A stretch of 63,846 nt of DNA, filler included, from Limisphaerales bacterium (lineage in GTDB: Bacteria; Verrucomicrobiota; Verrucomicrobiia; Limisphaerales; SIBE01): NCBI GenBank assembly GCA_044225505.1. It is 3 parts of 3 records of this genome, joined end to end, with 100 filler letters (N's around TTAATTAATTAA, not from the genome) between each part and the next. Parts side by side here need not be neighbours in the genome. Positions count along the whole stretch, not along the records: positions 49,744 to 63,846 come from JBGAIN010000197.1; 2 more parts are not named here. The stretch is one strand, 5' to 3'. The notes beneath the pieces are model-generated. The model had not been told where the DNA came from. It saw only the letters and a list, made by a program, of their open reading frames with translations, and did no database searches. Numbering within the stretch: position 1 is the first letter of the stretch; the number at the start of each line of letters is the position of its first letter. Made by a program: the position numbers and the translations under genes. This document shows, piece after piece, positions 59,489-63,846 of the stretch.

Positions 59489-62400
59489 ATGTTTCTTTCC
59501 CGCATCTCCATTCAACGCCCGATTCTCGCCACGATGATGAATCTGGTGGTGGTGCTGTTTGGAATTATTGGCCTCTCTCGGCTGCCTGTGCGTGAGTTGC
59601 CGGACATCGACCCACCCATTGTTTCGGTCAGCACGATTTATCCGGGCGCCAATGCGCAGGTGGTCGAGACAGAGGTTACGGAGCGCTTAGAGGAAGCAAT
59701 CAACAATATCGAAGGAATCAAGACCTTGCGGAGTGAAAGCCGCGAAGGGGTGAGCAACATCTCGATCGAGTTTGACCTTTCTCGGGAGATCGATGTGGCC
59801 GCGCAGGACGTGCGGGATCGTGTTTCACGCGTTCGGGGTCGCCTTCCCCAGGATATTCGCGAGCCGATCATCGCGAAGCAGGACGCGGACGCGCAGCCCA
59901 TCATTTGGATCACAATGAACAGCGACCGCTATGCCCCCGTGGAATTAACCACCCTGGCCGAGCGGCAAATTAAACCCCGTTTACAGGGCATCCCAGGCGT
60001 CTCGTCCATCACTGTCGGTGGCGAAAAACGATTCGCCATGAGGCTTTGGCTCGACTCGGATAAAATGGCCGCGCGCCGGGTCACTGTCCTCGACGTGGAG
60101 CGCGCCTTGCGAGAGCAGAATATCGAGCTGCCGAGCGGTCGGGTGGAGAACCTCGACCGGGAAATGACCATTCAAACCCGAGGCGAGCTCAAGACAGCCG
60201 AGGAATTCAAGAACCTGGTGGTGCGCGCGGAGGGGGCGACCTTGATTCGCATGCGTGATATCGGGCGGGTGGAGGCGGGCGTGGAAGATTATCGGACGGT
60301 GGCTAGAGCTCTGGGAAAACCGTGCGTCTTTTTGGGAGTCGTCAAACAGGCCAAAGCCAATACGGTCGCGGTGGCGCAGGCGATCCGGCGTGAATCGGAA
60401 GCGATCCGGCCGACACTCCCGGAGGGTTGTGACATTTGGGTGGGATATGATTCGAGCATCTACGTGGAGCGAGCGATTAGCGAGGTTTGGGATACGTTAG
60501 CGGTGGCCTTTTTCCTCGTGGTGCTGATCATTTTCGTGTTTTTGCGAAGCGTTCGCTCGACGATCATTCCATCAGTGGCGATTCCCGTGTCGATCGTTGG
60601 GACCTTTGCCATCCTCTACGCGTTTGGGTACTCGGTCAACATCCTCACGATGTTGGCGCTGGTCTTGACGATTGGGATCGTCGTGGACGATGCGATCGTG
60701 GTCTTGGAAGCGATTTACCGCCATATCGAACAAGGCGTCCCTCCATTACAAGCTGCCTACAAAGCAATGGAAGAAATCAGCTTCGCGGTCATTGCTATCA
60801 CGATTTCCCTGGTGGCGGTGTTTGCGCCGCTCGCGTTTCAAAAGAGCACGACGGGACGACTGTTTGTCGAGTTTGCGGTAGCGGTGGCTGGGTCGGTAAT
60901 CATTTCGGCATTCGTTGCGCTGACGCTTTCCCCGGCGATGTCTGCGCGGATCTTGAAACCCTTGCATGGGATTAAACACGGTCCGGTCTTCCTTTTCTTC
61001 GAGCGGGCCTTTGACTCATTGGCCCATGGCTACGGCCGTGGACTCCGGTGGTCCCTTCGCCACCGGATGATCGTAATAATGGTGGCGTTGGCTTCGCTGG
61101 TGCTAATGGTCATTTCCTACCGCGGCTTGGAGCAGGATTTCCTCCCGCAGGAAGACAAAGGGCGCATGTTCTGCATGGTCATTACTCCGAACGGTTCGAC
61201 GAGTGAGTTTACCGATCGGCAGTTGCGAAAAGCGGAGAAGATCGTTGCGGCTCTGCCCGAAGTGACGAGTTACGGAGCCATTGTGGCTCCGGGAATGGGA
61301 GGACCTGGTCAAGCGACATCGGGCATCCTGTTTGTGACCCTGAAAGATCGGCGTGAGCGGACGCGATCCGTCCAGGAAATGGTCTATGGGCCAGGCGGAC
61401 TTTCCGACCGATTCTTCAACGAGGTTGAGGGAGGCTTGGCAATTGTTAATTTGCCCAAAGCGATTGAGGTGAGCTTTGGCACGTCGTTCGAGCTCATTTT
61501 GCAGAATCAGGACCTGGAAACGTTGAGCAGGACGGCGCAAGGGATCGCGAACAAGATTCGCGGAATGAATAATCTGCGCAATGTTCGGGTCGGCTTCGAA
61601 GTGGATAAACCGGAGATTCGCGTGACGGTCGATCGCAGCCGCGCCGCTTCCCTCGGTGTCAGCATCGAGGACATTTCGCGGACAATGCAGGTCCTTTTTG
61701 GCGGACTCGATCTGAGCCGAATCAAAGTGGCTGGGAAAGAGTATTACGTGATGGCGCAACTCGAACGACAATCCCGGTTGCGCCCCCAGGACCTGGATAA
61801 AGTGTTCGTCCGTAACAATAAGGGCGAACTGATCCAGCTCAGTTCCCTGGTTGGGCATACGCAAGGGGCGGCGCCGAACTCGATCAATCACTACGGACGC
61901 CTGCGCAGTGCGAGCATTACGGCGTCGCCTGGCACAGTCCCCATTGGCACAGTCGTCAAAGAAGCCGAAGCAATGCTGGAAAAGGAATTGCCTCCGGGGT
62001 TTCTCTACGCTTGGGGGGGAGACGCTCGGAACTTGCAGGATGCAAGCACCGAGGTCTGGTGGGTGCTGGGGTTGGCTGCGATTATCGTCTACATGACGTT
62101 GGCCGCGCAGTTCGAGAGCCTCATCCACCCGTTGACCGTGATGCTGGCGTTACCTTTGGCTGGCGTTGGCGCTTTTGGGCTGCTGTGGGTGCTGGACGCG
62201 GGAGGTAAAGCGGGACTCTATCCTCCAGTCCCCGCGATGAACATTAACCTATTCAGCCAGATCGGACTCGTCTTGCTCATCGGACTGGTGACCAAGAATT
62301 CGATTCTGCTCGTGGAATTTGCCAATCAACAACGAGGCAAGGGCGCGACGGCGCAAGAGGCTATGATCGAGGCCGGGGTCGTTCGGTTACGCCCAATTCT

Positions 62401-62644
62401 TATGACGGCCTTTTCGACGGTGGCCGGCATTTTGCCGATTGCGATTGGGTTTGGGGCAGGCGCTGAAAGTCGCAGGCCGATGGGAATCGCCGTCGTCGGA
62501 GGTATGCTGACAAGCACCTTTCTGACTCTCCTCATTATCCCGGTGGTATACACAGTTTTCAGCGACCTGGCCGATCGTTTGCATCGCAAGCCACGCGGGA
62601 CGCCGGTGGAGACGGCTTCACTTCTGGAAGTGCCCGCCAAATAG
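59489..62644 (+). CDS. RND efflux permease (AcrB/MdtB family)
   Basis: RPI, YPGA..VE, GIVVDDAIVVLE, KNSILLVEF, RLRPILMT. Confidence 0.96.
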   Translation: MFLSRISIQRPILATMMNLVVVLFGIIGLSRLPVRELPDIDPPIVSVSTIYPGANAQVVETEVTERLEEAINNIEGIKTLRSESREGVSNISIEFDLSREIDVAAQDVRDRVSRVRGRLPQDIREPIIAKQDADAQPIIWITMNSDRYAPVELTTLAERQIKPRLQGIPGVSSITVGGEKRFAMRLWLDSDKMAARRVTVLDVERALREQNIELPSGRVENLDREMTIQTRGELKTAEEFKNLVVRAEGATLIRMRDIGRVEAGVEDYRTVARALGKPCVFLGVVKQAKANTVAVAQAIRRESEAIRPTLPEGCDIWVGYDSSIYVERAISEVWDTLAVAFFLVVLIIFVFLRSVRSTIIPSVAIPVSIVGTFAILYAFGYSVNILTMLALVLTIGIVVDDAIVVLEAIYRHIEQGVPPLQAAYKAMEEISFAVIAITISLVAVFAPLAFQKSTTGRLFVEFAVAVAGSVIISAFVALTLSPAMSARILKPLHGIKHGPVFLFFERAFDSLAHGYGRGLRWSLRHRMIVIMVALASLVLMVISYRGLEQDFLPQEDKGRMFCMVITPNGSTSEFTDRQLRKAEKIVAALPEVTSYGAIVAPGMGGPGQATSGILFVTLKDRRERTRSVQEMVYGPGGLSDRFFNEVEGGLAIVNLPKAIEVSFGTSFELILQNQDLETLSRTAQGIANKIRGMNNLRNVRVGFEVDKPEIRVTVDRSRAASLGVSIEDISRTMQVLFGGLDLSRIKVAGKEYYVMAQLERQSRLRPQDLDKVFVRNNKGELIQLSSLVGHTQGAAPNSINHYGRLRSASITASPGTVPIGTVVKEAEAMLEKELPPGFLYAWGGDARNLQDASTEVWWVLGLAAIIVYMTLAAQFESLIHPLTVMLALPLAGVGAFGLLWVLDAGGKAGLYPPVPAMNINLFSQIGLVLLIGLVTKNSILLVEFANQQRGKGATAQEAMIEAGVVRLRPILMTAFSTVAGILPIAIGFGAGAESRRPMGIAVVGGMLTSTFLTLLIIPVVYTVFSDLADRLHRKPRGTPVETASLLEVPAK

Positions 62645-62706
62645 GCCGAAAGCGTGGCGGACATCAGACCGTGCCATCGCGCAGCGATGATCACGTGTCG
62701 AACCGG

Positions 62707-63270
62707 TCAGCGTCCTTGTTTCCGCCCGGGTCGTGGTCGCTCTCGCATCTCAACGCTCCCCTGACAACAAGCGCACGGGCCGGCGGAAACCGATTCGATG
62801 CTGCCAACGCTGCACCAGTCATGGACGTCGTAGACCGTGCCGCAGTGGATCGAGAAGATGCGCGTCACTTCCAAGACCTGCCTGGCAGGGAGGATTCGGC
62901 CCTTCGGCTGGAGCTCCATCGCGCGGAGTTGCGCGTCCAGAAAGAGCGCGTCGGAAAACTTGGTGCGGATCAAGGTGAACTAGCGTTTGTTCGTGCTCTC
63001 GACGCCACAGAGGTGCGGATGATCGCTAGGCAAGTCCGTCCCAAAACGCTCGCGCGCGAGTTCGGCGAGGCAAACGATGTGCCCTTCGACTTCGATTTCG
63101 GACGGGGCAACCGACGCTGCGACCCCCTGGCGGGACGGCGATTCTCCGAGCGTTAGTGCTGGCGTTCCGAGAAGACAGGGCAGGGCGATCAGAGCCCAGG
63201 TCAGCGCCCAGGATGGGCGCGGGACCTTGCTCCCGGGAAAGCCGTTCGTCCGAATCATTGGTGAGCTCAC
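62707..63270 (-). pseudogene. Secreted Cys-containing protein interrupted by an in-frame TAG
   Basis: ORFs 62980-63270 and 62707-62973 are in the same frame, separated only by TAG at 62980-62982 (...STNKR*FTLIRTK...). Confidence 0.6.
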
Positions 63271-63846
63271 GGGATCGGAAAATCTTGGATTGCCTTGGCG
63301 TAATCTTCGGGCGTGTCCAGATCGAAGTCCAGTCCCGGGTCGTCCATCTCACAACAGGCGAGTAGGGCTGGCTCGCGATGGAGATAATGCTTCAAGGTTT
63401 CTGCCTCGCACGAAGCGAGTTTGTCGAACTCACCTTTGGGAAAGACGATGGGGTGCCTTGGACGGCCGTTGCGGCTCGGTTGACATATGGCCGTTGGGTG
63501 CGCGCGTGCGAACCCCAAGAGTGTTTGCAGGACGACCGGTGAGAGATGAGGCTGATCCCCCAGGGCCAAGGCGATGTGGCTGATCGTCGACTTCCAACCT
63601 GCCCATCCCGCGGCGCATTTTACCGAATGGAACATCCCGCGCTCCGGTGTGGGATTGATGATCCTGGCGTGCGTCGGGAAAGCGAGGCGATCCAATTCTT
63701 CGATCAAGGCGCTGTTGCCCGGCGCGTAGACGACAGCAATTTGGGCAGCCTGTAGCCGTTGCCATTGTTGGATCAAATGGCCGATAACGGTGCTGGATCC
63801 CCAAGGCAGCGGCAGTTTGGGGCATCCCATGCGGGAGGAGGCTCCA
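63267..63846 (-). CDS. MobA/MocA-like nucleotidyltransferase; 5' end runs off the window
   Basis: GASSRMG.PK..L, GM..S, LGDQP, HP.VF, DLDTPEDY; frame open to the window edge. Confidence 0.9.
   Translation of the reverse strand, partial: GASSRMGCPKLPLPWGSSTVIGHLIQQWQRLQAAQIAVVYAPGNSALIEELDRLAFPTHARIINPTPERGMFHSVKCAAGWAGWKSTISHIALALGDQPHLSPVVLQTLLGFARAHPTAICQPSRNGRPRHPIVFPKGEFDKLASCEAETLKHYLHREPALLACCEMDDPGLDFDLDTPEDYAKAIQDFPIP

Overview
This window is three concatenated contigs (1-24905, 25006-49643, 49744-63846) joined by artificial N/TTAATTAATTAA/N linkers, so adjacency across the linkers is not evidence of linkage. The source is a GC-rich bacterium; gene content (prepilin/H-X9-DG proteins, ECF sigma factors with long C-terminal extensions, DUF5069-like, OmcB-like and PocR-AraC proteins) suggests Verrucomicrobiota (inference). 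It carries housekeeping genes (tRNA-Arg(CCT), rpmE, prfA, proC, pyrH, clpX, clpP), several two-component/ECF regulators, an RND efflux pair, IS debris, and a translationally coupled operon encoding a ferredoxin, an Fe-S membrane protein, a beta-propeller protein, a NuoE-NuoF fusion and a GltD-like subunit, with electron-bifurcation signatures but no hydrogenase or formate-dehydrogenase catalytic domain in the visible part. The most striking signal is non-coding: a dispersed ~123-bp dyad-symmetric DNA element (16-bp flank, four 11-bp units, 3-bp centre, four inverted 11-bp units, 16-bp flank). It occurs three times (6469-6591, 22879-23001, 25771-25893) with the same geometry despite divergent sequence, and each copy has predicted RNA-like structure just upstream.
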